This document shows positions 18,746 to 27,328 of a DNA stretch of 31,098 nucleotides, in pieces (position 1 is the first letter of the stretch; each line of letters starts with the position of its first letter). The stretch is taken from IMG/VR virus record IMGVR_UViG_3300028591_000077. One strand, 5' to 3'. The stretch is from a virus (Duplodnaviria > Heunggongvirae > Uroviricota > Caudoviricetes). The notes under the pieces are model-generated. The model was not told where the DNA came from and made no database searches. It was given only the letters and a program-made list of their open reading frames with translations. The translations under genes and the position numbers were made by a program.

Positions 18746-20461
18746 ATGGTAGAGATTACTGAAATTATGCCACCAGCGAAGGTCTCAGGACTTTCGTCTT
18801 TTTTGGTACGCTTCCAATTCAGACAAGAATTAGTGGATGCCTTGAAGACGATTCCAGGAGCATATTACCATAAGAAGCTACAGGTATGAGAAGTGCCTGC
18901 GAACCAAATTGCAGAAACACTTGATATTTTGACGTTTTTAGACCAGGTTAGTATAAACTTATACGACTACGAAAAAAGTGTCCCAGAACGCGAATATGGA
19001 GCTTCTGGAGGCATTCTGCTAAATGAGAATGAGATAAATTCATTTAAAGTCAGACCTTATGACCATCAGCTTGAGGCCATAAATTATGGGTTAGCGCATC
19101 CTAACTTCCTGCTATTGGATTCGATGGGTTTGGGGAAGACCAACGAAATCATCTGATTAGCGGAAACACTAAAGCGCAGAGGGCTCCTCGAACATTGCTT
19201 CATCATATGCGGGGTGGCTGGACTTAAGCAGAACTGGAAGAAGGAAATTCAGAAGTTTTCAACCGAATCTGTTTTAGTATTGGGAGAGAAGATTTCGAAG
19301 AACGGCAAGATTTCATATATGTCGATTCCAGAGCGCGCAAAACAACTAAAGGAACCTATTAGCGAATTCTTCGTCGTCACGAATGTCGAGACCCTCAGAT
19401 CCGATCAGATCATCGAAGCTTTCAAAAAATCCACTAATAAGTTCGGGATGATCGCCGTAGATGAAGCGCATAGGGTCGCCACCAAAACGTCTCAGCAAGG
19501 CGCCAACTTGCTTAAGCTCGATGCGCAGTACAAAATCGCAGCTACAGGTACATTAATCACTAATTCGCCGATTAGCTGTTATGTTCCATTAGCCTGGACG
19601 GGTAATGACCATGCATCGCTCACGCAGTACAAAGCTCAGTACTGTGAATTCGGCGGATTCAACGGTTATCAAATAGTGGGATATCGAGGACTCGATCTGT
19701 TGAAAGACGAATTGGATTCCTGCTCACTAAGAAGAACATTAGACCAAGTAAGGGATATGCCACCTAAGACAGTCACATATGAACTACTAGAAATGGATGA
19801 TGAACATCGTAAGTTTTACGATGCTATTAAAGATGGCGTAAAAGCGGAAGCCGATAAGATTGAGTTGAATTCGAATAACCTATTGGCATTGGCTACGAGA
19901 TTACGTCAGGCATCTGTCTGCCCCAACATCCTGACATCCCAGAAGGTAAATTCCACTAAGATAGCTAGAGCCGTGGAATTGATCCAGGATCTGTGGGATC
20001 AAAAAGAGAAGGTTGTTGTGCTTTCCATATTCAAAGAATCTGTAGCAACATTATCCAGGGAGCTGCAGAACATCGGAATATTTCCACTAATAGCTACAGG
20101 TGATCTGCCAGATCAAGTTTGTTTCGACAATATGCAGAAGTTCCAAGACTCCCCTAATCCAGAGGTGTTTATCGGAACCTGAGCAAAAGCCGCTACTGGA
20201 TTTACACTAAACGCAGCCCAATACATGATCTGTTTGGATACACCTTACACCGATGCACTCTTCAGTCAGGGTACAGATCGTATTTGGAGAATCACTAATG
20301 ACAAACCGGCTTTCGTTACCGTATTAGCCTGTGAAGATTCCGTAGATGAGCGCGTTATGGAGATCGTCGAAACCAAAAAAGAACTAGGAGATTTCTTAGT
20401 AGACGGCAAAGTTTCTGATTCATTTAGGGATGAGCTTCTCAGCATCGTCAAGGGGGCCTAA
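18746..20461 (+). CDS. SNF2-family (SF2) helicase/ATPase, 571 aa (TGA=Trp)
   Basis: The track ORFs at 18893, 19214 and 20225 are one frame, joined by TGA at 18887, 19154 and 20180. Motifs: LDSMGLGKT, VDEAH, ATGT, QGTDRIWR. N-terminal extension ends K.QV[W]EVP. Confidence 0.9.
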
Positions 20462-20463
20462 CC

Positions 20464-20919
20464 ATGGGGTCAGAAAAACCACTAATTAGAAAAGATAAAG
20501 GAGAAAAGAGCGCGCGATGCACAGGCGTATGCGTACGCGAAGGGTCAGAATGGCAGCCGATCGATTCGGTAACATACAGGAATTTCACTATTCCACTGTT
20601 TGAGGATCCGTACGGCAGCCAGATACGATGCATGTGGAAAGGTCAATGAATCGAATTCGGTACGGACAACACCATGTACATCGATGACATAAAATCACTA
20701 ATAGATGACGAATTAGATACAGTCTGCCGCTGGGAGGAGTACCCTGGCGCGAAACTTGCCTGATTCCAAAATGGTGATCATCGAGATTTGAAATTAGTGA
20801 ACTGGGGAAGAATCCTGAAAGTCTACCTTGTGGAGGATCCAGATAAAGTGAATCTTACCGCATGTACATGTGAGTGCGTTTCCTTATTAAAATATATAAT
20901 AGAACTGGAAAAGAAATAA
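20464..20919 (+). CDS. Hypothetical protein, 151 aa (TGA=Trp)
   Basis: Readthrough of TGA 20647 and 20761 extends to TAA 20917-20919, followed by terminator CTGGAA...TTCCAG-TTTT; start codon uncertain. Confidence 0.65.
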
Positions 20920-21067
20920 CTTCCAGTTTTCATTTACTTTGTGCGATCTTCATGTTATAATATAAATGAGACTCAGATGAGGGAAAGAAGGAAATGTGCA
21001 CATATGCGAACAAAAATTATGAAAAAAATCCTAAAACAACTGTATGATATATTGTGAGGTGAACGAA

Positions 21068-21160
21068 ATGAAAACTATTAAGAAAACTAATGCAACCAAA
21101 GGAGCACTTGCCAAGAAGTATAGAAACAACTTCATCAAGTCCCATAAAACTGCAAGATAA
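21068..21160 (+). CDS. Small basic peptide, 30 aa (missed by the ORF track)
   Basis: GAGGTG RBS; MKTIKKTNATKGALAKKYRNNFIKSHKTAR; followed by terminator 21161-21187. Confidence 0.55.
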   Translation: MKTIKKTNATKGALAKKYRNNFIKSHKTAR

Positions 21161-21246
21161 AAAGTTGGCGAATTGTCCAACTTTTTTATTTACAAAGTCC
21201 TCAATTCACGATATAATATTTATAGAATGAATGTGAGGAATTAAAA

Positions 21247-21909
21247 ATGAAAGTAATGATCAATCAAAACGAATTCATCAACGTGTCCGGACACACCGGC
21301 AAAATGGAAGGCATCCCTTCCGTCAGCACCAACAAATTCTTGAATGAGAACTGCAAGAGGATGATGAATTCAGAAAACCCAGATTGTATTTGCAAATATT
21401 GCTACGTCGATAGGGTTACTGCAAGATATAAGGATTTAGAACCTTGCTTAACGCATAACACTGAGATTCTAACATCGAGAATTCTAACTCGTGACGAAAT
21501 CAAGGCGTTTAGCAAATTCTTCCTAAATACGACGATCGTCAGATTCGAAAGCTTTGGAGATTTAAATAATGAAATTCAACTGATCAATTATATGAATCTC
21601 GCAAGACAATGCAAACATACCAAATTCGCATTGTTCACGAAGCACTTTAAAATCGTCCATGAGTTTTTCAGGAATGGAAACAAAATGCCAGACAATGTAA
21701 CTCTTGTGTTGTCAAGTCCATTTATGGATTACCAACTCAACGATGCACTTGTCGCCACCTTCAAGAAATATCACAATAGGGTCATCACCTTTACTGTTAC
21801 CAAAGACAAGCACAATAAAGGAATCAACTGTGGTAAGCGTAAATGTGTGGAATGTCGAAATTGTTATGATGCTCGATTCCCTCATAACGTAATTGAGTTG
21901 GTTAAATAA
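21247..21909 (+). CDS. GP88-like Cys-rich (putative Fe-S/radical-SAM-related) phage protein
   Basis: KMEGIPSVST, C..CKYCY, VRFESFGDL, FALFTK and C-terminal C...C.ECRNCY motifs. Confidence 0.6.
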   Translation: MKVMINQNEFINVSGHTGKMEGIPSVSTNKFLNENCKRMMNSENPDCICKYCYVDRVTARYKDLEPCLTHNTEILTSRILTRDEIKAFSKFFLNTTIVRFESFGDLNNEIQLINYMNLARQCKHTKFALFTKHFKIVHEFFRNGNKMPDNVTLVLSSPFMDYQLNDALVATFKKYHNRVITFTVTKDKHNKGINCGKRKCVECRNCYDARFPHNVIELVK

Positions 21910-21911
21910 CA

Positions 21912-21933
21912 AAGGTCCTTCAGGACCTTTTTT
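21912..21933 (+). terminator. Intrinsic terminator
   Basis: AAAGGTCC-ttca-GGACCTTT then T tract. Confidence 0.8.
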
Positions 21934-21939
21934 CATACA

Positions 21940-22175
21940 TCGATCCGTAGAGAATCCAGGGGTACCCCCCCAAATTCGGCGAACACCACTTAATTAGTGG
22001 TTTTTTACCCCCGGGATGCCCGCCCCAAGGCGCGCGCATGCGTACGATCGGCGATCGGGGTTCCCGCATCGGTAAATTTAGTAAAATTAGTGGTTTTTCC
22101 GCAGCTGCATCGTACCCCAATGATGTTCAACATTCATGTGTGCACTAATATATAAAAAGAAACGCGCGAAAGTAG
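21940..22175. repeat. GC-rich palindromic intergenic element, member of a dispersed degenerate family
   Basis: GGGGTACCCC, CCCCCAAATTCGGC (also at 29910), AATTAGTGGTTTTT twice (reverse complement at 20474; 13-nt match at 29870) and GCGCGCATGCGTACG (also at 18330). Confidence 0.6.
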
Positions 22176-22247
22176 AAAAAACCTATTTACAGAATATCAG
22201 AATCATGGTATAATATTAATGTGAGTGAATGAAGGAGGAAATTAGTA

Positions 22248-22760
22248 ATGTTCACGAATAAAGAAATCAAGGAGATGTTCCACAAACCTCTCATAGAAAA
22301 GTTCAAGGACCTAAAGACAAGCTATTCTTGCTATGGAATCACCAACACCGTCAAAGAAGTCTTGACTGAGGTCATCAAAGGAACTAAATACAATATCGAA
22401 GACTTTGAAATCAGAAACCCTTACAACAAACATTGGGTCGTCGAAATCATCTACAAGAAATGGGCGACCGTGATTGAGATTAGGGCAAAACGCCAAGTTT
22501 CCAAAAAGAGCTATTGGGGAAACGACTATTCCTACAAAGACTTCGAAGTCGACATCTTCGGATGGGACAAAGACTTCTGGGGTCAACTAGACGAAATCGA
22601 CGTCAGCGTCGAAAGACGAATGAATTCAGAAGCCGAACAAGATCGCAAAGCCTATGAAGTCCTGACTTACGTTATGGAAAAGTTCGCCTTGAAAGACTAC
22701 CAAGCGAGAGACCTTCTCAAGAGAGCGGTCGATAGGTATTACACCTTGCTTGGTAAGTAA
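22248..22760 (+). CDS. Hypothetical early protein
   Basis: Own promoter; AAGGAGG RBS; 170 aa. Confidence 0.8.
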   Translation: MFTNKEIKEMFHKPLIEKFKDLKTSYSCYGITNTVKEVLTEVIKGTKYNIEDFEIRNPYNKHWVVEIIYKKWATVIEIRAKRQVSKKSYWGNDYSYKDFEVDIFGWDKDFWGQLDEIDVSVERRMNSEAEQDRKAYEVLTYVMEKFALKDYQARDLLKRAVDRYYTLLGK

Positions 22761-22789
22761 TCGCTAAATTATTAGATAAGGAGATCATC

Positions 22790-22999
22790 ATGACGCCAAC
22801 AGAAAAAGTAATATTCGATCAAGTGTTCAAGAACTTCCAAGAGACTTATCCAGAAGTCAAAGTAGAACATCCATATGACGATGAGTATATGATATTCGTC
22901 GTTAACGGAAATGCGATAGACGGATTCAATCCAGAAGGACATAATCTATTATACTGTCTATCAGAACTTACTAAAGCCTACGAGTTCGAACTTCGATAA
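22790..22999 (+). CDS. Hypothetical protein
   Basis: AAGGAG RBS; preceded by GCTAAATT at 22763. Confidence 0.75.
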   Translation: MTPTEKVIFDQVFKNFQETYPEVKVEHPYDDEYMIFVVNGNAIDGFNPEGHNLLYCLSELTKAYEFELR

Positions 23000-23066
23000 A
23001 AAATAAAAAAGCCGTTTACGAAGACGGCTTTTTACGTTATAATTATTTATGTAAGGAGATGAGAAC

Positions 23067-23237
23067 ATGAAAATCAAAGTCAGAGTCATCGACAAGAAAA
23101 CCGGCAAAGTTCTCGAAGGCGAGAAGAACCTTCGCAACGAAATGCATTTTGAAGTTCAGAAGAGAACTCGTGCGCATGTTTTCGTCGATCGTCGTTTCAA
23201 GAAGCCTAAACATAAAAATAAGGTCGACGACGAATAA
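23067..23237 (+). CDS. Small basic protein, 56 aa (missed by the ORF track); KPKHK tail
   Basis: Own promoter (23015) and AAGGAG RBS; MKIKVRVIDKKTGKVLEGEKNLRNEMHFEVQKRTRAHVFVDRRFKKPKHKNKVDDE. Confidence 0.75.
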   Translation: MKIKVRVIDKKTGKVLEGEKNLRNEMHFEVQKRTRAHVFVDRRFKKPKHKNKVDDE

Positions 23238-23306
23238 AACCGTTTACGAATATCATTAAACATGATATAATATAATTGACAAAGATAAAAGGAGGAATTA
23301 AAATCT

Positions 23307-23741
23307 ATGTCAGACAATAAAGAACGTTCCGTCAGGGAATGGCAAAAACTATTTGAGGCTGGAGTCTTCGACTCTCATGACGTCCGCTGTCAGTGTGCCG
23401 CCGGTTGGTATGACTGGTTCTGCAAGGAATCTAGTTTGGCCGGCAAAACCAAAAGGTTAGGAAGCCTCGTCAAGCAAGTCAAAGACGGTGGTAAGGTTGA
23501 CCTTGACAGTATGTATGTCTGGTTCAAGAACAACTGTCCTTGTGTTGGTCCACTCTACGATGACTTCCGATTCGCCGATCGTGAAACCGGTGATGTTCAA
23601 TTCACTATCGCCGTCGGTGATACTCGTGCCGAACATCGTTATGAAGTTTGGGGTCGTCACAATGACTTTAGCGGTCCGATCATCGGCTTCGATACTTCCA
23701 AAGAATTGATTAAGTGGCTTAACCAACCTTGGCAAGAATAA
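23307..23741 (+). CDS. Hypothetical early protein (GWYDWFC...FKNNCP motif)
   Basis: Own promoter; AAGGAGGAATT RBS; 144 aa; 7 Trp, all TGG. Confidence 0.8.
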   Translation: MSDNKERSVREWQKLFEAGVFDSHDVRCQCAAGWYDWFCKESSLAGKTKRLGSLVKQVKDGGKVDLDSMYVWFKNNCPCVGPLYDDFRFADRETGDVQFTIAVGDTRAEHRYEVWGRHNDFSGPIIGFDTSKELIKWLNQPWQE

Positions 23742-23809
23742 ATTAAAAAAGGGGTTTACAAACCCCTTTTTTCGTGATATAATATATACAGAAAGAGTGA
23801 GGAACTATT

Positions 23810-23983
23810 ATGGAAAAAAAGAAAATTCACATTGTCGTCGCCGATGGAAGGGTTGAGTCCATCTTCTCTGATGAAGACCTTGACGTCGAAGTCATCGATT
23901 TTGACGGAGACTATGAAGAACAACAGAAGTTGGGCGACTATGTTGACGAACTCCGTGCCAACCTTAAGGAGGTTGTCTGCTAA
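23810..23983 (+). CDS. Small acidic protein, 57 aa (missed by the ORF track)
   Basis: GTGAGGAA RBS; MEKKKIHIVVADGRVESIFSDEDLDVEVIDFDGD...; TAATG overlap with the next gene. Confidence 0.75.
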   Translation: MEKKKIHIVVADGRVESIFSDEDLDVEVIDFDGDYEEQQKLGDYVDELRANLKEVVC

Positions 23984-24180
23984 TGAAGTTCGAGATTCAA
24001 TACATCCGTTCTTGCGGCGACCTTAACGAACATGTCTTGTATGAGGAACTTGAATTCAACAGCAAGACTAAAGCGTTAAAGCACGCTCGCGAAACCAAAA
24101 AGAAAATAGCGAGCGAATGTCATTACAGATTCCCTCGCGATATCATAAACTACATTATTAAAGAAATTGATAAAAAGTAG
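23983..24180 (+). CDS. Hypothetical protein
   Basis: AAGGAGG RBS; 65 aa. Confidence 0.7.
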   Translation: MKFEIQYIRSCGDLNEHVLYEELEFNSKTKALKHARETKKKIASECHYRFPRDIINYIIKEIDKK

Positions 24181-24236
24181 TTTACAAATCAAAGAAACCA
24201 TGATATAATACAAATATAGTTAAGGAGGAAAACATT

Positions 24237-24479
24237 ATGTCAGCATTTTATGGGATGGTCCGTGGAAACCGCGGAGCCGCAACTCGTGGAGGTTCTAAGA
24301 ACTCAGGTTACAAAGCAACCTGTCAGTCTTGGGACGGTTCAGTAATCGTCACTATGGATTATGACAACGAAGACAAGCTCAAGGTTCGCCTTGAAGTCGC
24401 CGATAGTTCTTCTACTTACGGCGATGTCGTCTTCAGCGGAACTCTTCAAGAGCTTAAGGAAAAGCTCTCAGCGAAATGA
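24237..24479 (+). CDS. Hypothetical early protein, ending at TGA (or TAA 24488 if read through)
   Basis: Own promoter; AAGGAGG RBS; ATGA overlap with the next gene. Confidence 0.75.
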   Translation: MSAFYGMVRGNRGAATRGGSKNSGYKATCQSWDGSVIVTMDYDNEDKLKVRLEVADSSSTYGDVVFSGTLQELKEKLSAK

Positions 24480-24646
24480 AGACCATAACGATCGAACTCA
24501 CTGAAGACGAAGCGGAAGTAGTGGATAACTACATATTCAGAAAGATGTGCCGACTTGAAGAAGCACATCTCGAAGAGTCATTCTGCTATCCTAACTTAGC
24601 CTCGGCACATCGTAAGATACAGCGAGCTCGAAAAGAAAATAAATAA
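24476..24646 (+). CDS. Small hypothetical protein, 56 aa (missed by the ORF track)
   Basis: ATGA-coupled; MKTITIELTEDEAEVVDNYIFRKMCRLEEAHLEESFCYPNLASAHRKIQRARKENK. Confidence 0.7.
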   Translation: MKTITIELTEDEAEVVDNYIFRKMCRLEEAHLEESFCYPNLASAHRKIQRARKENK

Positions 24647-24709
24647 AAAAAGGGTTTACAAAAGCCCTTTTTTATGTTATAATATATATATAGAAAGTGA
24701 GGAATGTAT

Positions 24710-25042
24710 ATGGAAACACATACAATCAAATTGGATACAGAAGTCGTCGGGACAAAGGTATTGTTCGCCGGCAAGACTAAAAAGATTGAACTCAATAAGT
24801 ATTATGATTTAGATGGAACAATCATCAATGAAGGCAAAGACACTATCAACTATGAAAATGAAGTGCCATTCGAAATCATCGAAAAGAAAGTCAAATACAA
24901 CTGGAAGTATGTCTCTCCGCAAGTATTAGAGCATTGGGAAATCAAAGTCAATGGCATGAGGATATGCACTGACGTCGAATTGACTGGATACAAAGTTCTC
25001 AAAACCAAATTAGTATTGACTGGATGCACAGGAGCAGGCTAA
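24710..25042 (+). CDS. Hypothetical early protein
   Basis: GTGAGGAAT RBS favours ATG 24710. Confidence 0.75.
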   Translation: METHTIKLDTEVVGTKVLFAGKTKKIELNKYYDLDGTIINEGKDTINYENEVPFEIIEKKVKYNWKYVSPQVLEHWEIKVNGMRICTDVELTGYKVLKTKLVLTGCTGAG

Positions 25043-25329
25043 TGGAAAAGTATTACAAAGTAAGAACAAAGAACATCGACTACGATGTTACAGCGGAAGA
25101 TTTAAATTACGACCGCTACGACATTGACATCGACGACATGGATGAAGCAGAAATCGATAAGCACATCGCTGAAGTCAAGAACAGCATTCAGCAAGAGTTC
25201 ATCTTGGAAATCGAATGCGAACCTGAAGACCTAACCGATATGGTGTGTGATGCCATCAGTGAAGAGTCTGGCTGGCTAGTCAACTCATTCGACTTCGATG
25301 TTCTTGAAGAAAAAGAAATAGAAGATTAA
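25042..25329 (+). CDS. Highly acidic small protein
   Basis: TAATG overlap; D/E-rich throughout. Confidence 0.75.
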   Translation: MEKYYKVRTKNIDYDVTAEDLNYDRYDIDIDDMDEAEIDKHIAEVKNSIQQEFILEIECEPEDLTDMVCDAISEESGWLVNSFDFDVLEEKEIED

Positions 25330-25332
25330 ATG

Positions 25333-25360
25333 CCACAGGGAAACCTGTGGTTTTCTTTTT
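25333..25360 (+). terminator. Intrinsic terminator with GAAA tetraloop
   Basis: CCACAGG-gaaa-CCTGTGG then TTTTCTTTTT. Confidence 0.85.
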
Positions 25361-25530
25361 TCGAATTTGTACGCGCATCGGATTGGATTTCCGATAAAAA
25401 CTACTAATAGTAGAAAATAGCTGCGCATCTGGATCCCCGGCGCGGATCGGTGGATCGAAAATAAGTTTAAAAAACTATTTACAAATATCTTAAGTTGGTG
25501 TATAATTATATTAGAGAGTGAGGAAATATT

Positions 25531-25839
25531 ATGAATTTAAGAAGATACTACATATTCCAATTACCACACAACAATCCTAAATTGTTTAGGCACTTTAAAG
25601 AAGATGAGACCATCGACTTAGGAGACTATACACCTGTATGGACCGATGAGTGTGGTTATCAGAATGACTTAGAACTCTGTGAAAAGTTATTCGAACAATT
25701 CAACATCAATCATCCTAAGAACTTCGCCGGCCATTCAATGTCAGTCAGTGATATCGTTATGATTAAAGATGGCAAAGACTGTAAGTTCTATTATTGTGAT
25801 GCCGTTGGTTTTAAAAAGATTGAAAAAATAACAAAATAA
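25531..25839 (+). CDS. YodL-domain protein
   Basis: YYIFQL...LFEQFNINHPKNFAGHSMSVSDIVMI...YYCDAVGFKKI matches the YodL-like family signature. Confidence 0.85.
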   Translation: MNLRRYYIFQLPHNNPKLFRHFKEDETIDLGDYTPVWTDECGYQNDLELCEKLFEQFNINHPKNFAGHSMSVSDIVMIKDGKDCKFYYCDAVGFKKIEKITK

Positions 25840-25899
25840 ACCGTTTACAAAAACGGTTTTTTATAGTATAATATAAGTAAGAAAAGTGAGGAATTAATT

Positions 25900-26622
25900 A
25901 TGTTTTACAAAAAAGGAATCGATATTACGAACGCAAAGTCTATGTATGACTTCCTGCACAATCATTATAAGTATTTTACTTTGAATAGCTGGAACTGCCT
26001 TAAGTCAGTCGCTAACAACGTTAAGCTATATAATCTCAATCTTGATGGCGATATGTGGGTAGCTCATGCTTTTATTCAAGGTGGTGAATACGAAGAGATC
26101 AATGAAATGATTCGTGAATTCGAACGTCTTCATCAAGGATACAAAGTCGGCTTCAATGGAAGAAGCGATGGTTATTTAGTCCTTTATAATAAGGATAATA
26201 ATAAGGATGTGCTTCCTGATATCATTGTCGATTATGACTATGAAGACTTCAAGTATTATGTCAAAGACTATTATGGCTCATTGAAGAACTATATGAGTGA
26301 ACTCGTATTCTATACTAAGTTAGTTCAGGACTTTGATAAGCTTTGTGACGATATCAGAGACTTCGTTAATGAATTGTCTAAGCTTGACTTCAAGGCTACT
26401 AAGCTCGAAGAAGCTGTGGAGATGTTCAATAACGACTACTGTGAAGACCTCGAAGCTTTAGAGTTCGGTCCATTGAAAGTGGAAGACGGCAAAGTCTATG
26501 TCGGATACATCAAGCAACTCAAATGTCTCTTTGAAGCATTTATCAAATATGCTGATAGATATGAAGACGAAGGCTATGAGTCTGTGTGCTCTGGCGAATA
26601 TGTTTATCTCAAGGAGAAATAA
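25900..26622 (+). CDS. Hypothetical early protein
   Basis: Own promoter; 240 aa. Confidence 0.8.
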   Translation: MFYKKGIDITNAKSMYDFLHNHYKYFTLNSWNCLKSVANNVKLYNLNLDGDMWVAHAFIQGGEYEEINEMIREFERLHQGYKVGFNGRSDGYLVLYNKDNNKDVLPDIIVDYDYEDFKYYVKDYYGSLKNYMSELVFYTKLVQDFDKLCDDIRDFVNELSKLDFKATKLEEAVEMFNNDYCEDLEALEFGPLKVEDGKVYVGYIKQLKCLFEAFIKYADRYEDEGYESVCSGEYVYLKEK

Positions 26623-26623
26623 T

Positions 26624-26941
26624 ATGGAAGAAATAAAAGTAGATTTAGAAGGTCTAGAGGACTTCGATCTGAAATCCGCCAAATATCAACTTTGGGTTTT
26701 CAAGTATGACAAGGACCAAAACATATTAGACGACAACATTATGCTTGGGGAATTCAAAACTCCCGATGCGGCGATCACTAAGGCAAAAGGATTAGTGATA
26801 AATTCCAAAGCTATGATGAATCTGGTTACCGACGAATCTTATTATCTTCAAGTAGAGGTAGAGACTGTCGTCGATACTGGAGACGGCGAAGAAAACGTCG
26901 GCACAATCTTTCAGGAAAACATACAAATGAAAGAAATTTAA
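26624..26941 (+). CDS. Hypothetical acidic protein
   Basis: AAGGAG RBS before ATG 26624. Confidence 0.75.
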   Translation: MEEIKVDLEGLEDFDLKSAKYQLWVFKYDKDQNILDDNIMLGEFKTPDAAITKAKGLVINSKAMMNLVTDESYYLQVEVETVVDTGDGEENVGTIFQENIQMKEI

Positions 26942-27013
26942 AAAAAAACTGTTTACAAATAGAAAAAATCAGTTTATAATATTATTGAAAGAAAATAAAG
27001 GAGAACAACTTTC

Positions 27014-27292
27014 ATGAAAAAAACAAAATATCTTAATCAGCAATTCGGTGTCTGGACTTGTGTTAAAGTCAATGTCTATCGTGTTCAACCTGCCTTCTTA
27101 AAAGGTTCTAAGGTTCGTTCCGCTCGTCCTCATCACCAAACCTACTCTTACGTTTTAGCTGCTAACATCTTAGGCAACGACGTTCATGTCGAACTCAATG
27201 CTAAAGAAGCTGCTCAAATGTATCGTGGCGAATTCGATCCTGTCTTCAAGGTCTTGGCCAAACAAGATAGTGCTGTCATCGCCATTCGCTAA
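27014..27292 (+). CDS. Hypothetical protein
   Basis: Own promoter; AAGGAG RBS; 92 aa. Confidence 0.75.
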   Translation: MKKTKYLNQQFGVWTCVKVNVYRVQPAFLKGSKVRSARPHHQTYSYVLAANILGNDVHVELNAKEAAQMYRGEFDPVFKVLAKQDSAVIAIR

Positions 27293-27328
27293 ACATTACG
27301 ACTTATTAATTGAAAGGAGGAAGTCACA

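Noticed and set aside
16160-18760. CRISPR array
   Set aside because: Repeats are short (~14 nt), degenerate, irregularly spaced and occur in both orientations.
20550-20850. Alternative frame from ATG 20550 open under code 4
   Set aside because: Needs four TGAs and reads as Arg/Pro-rich shadow sequence; the 20464 frame ends at TAA plus terminator.
1-20919. TGA as selenocysteine or glycine
   Set aside because: Contexts (GDIWF, KQWDG, GKIGGW, WYNAWLD, CBM26 W) are Trp-specific; no SECIS-like hairpins are consistently placed after the TGAs.
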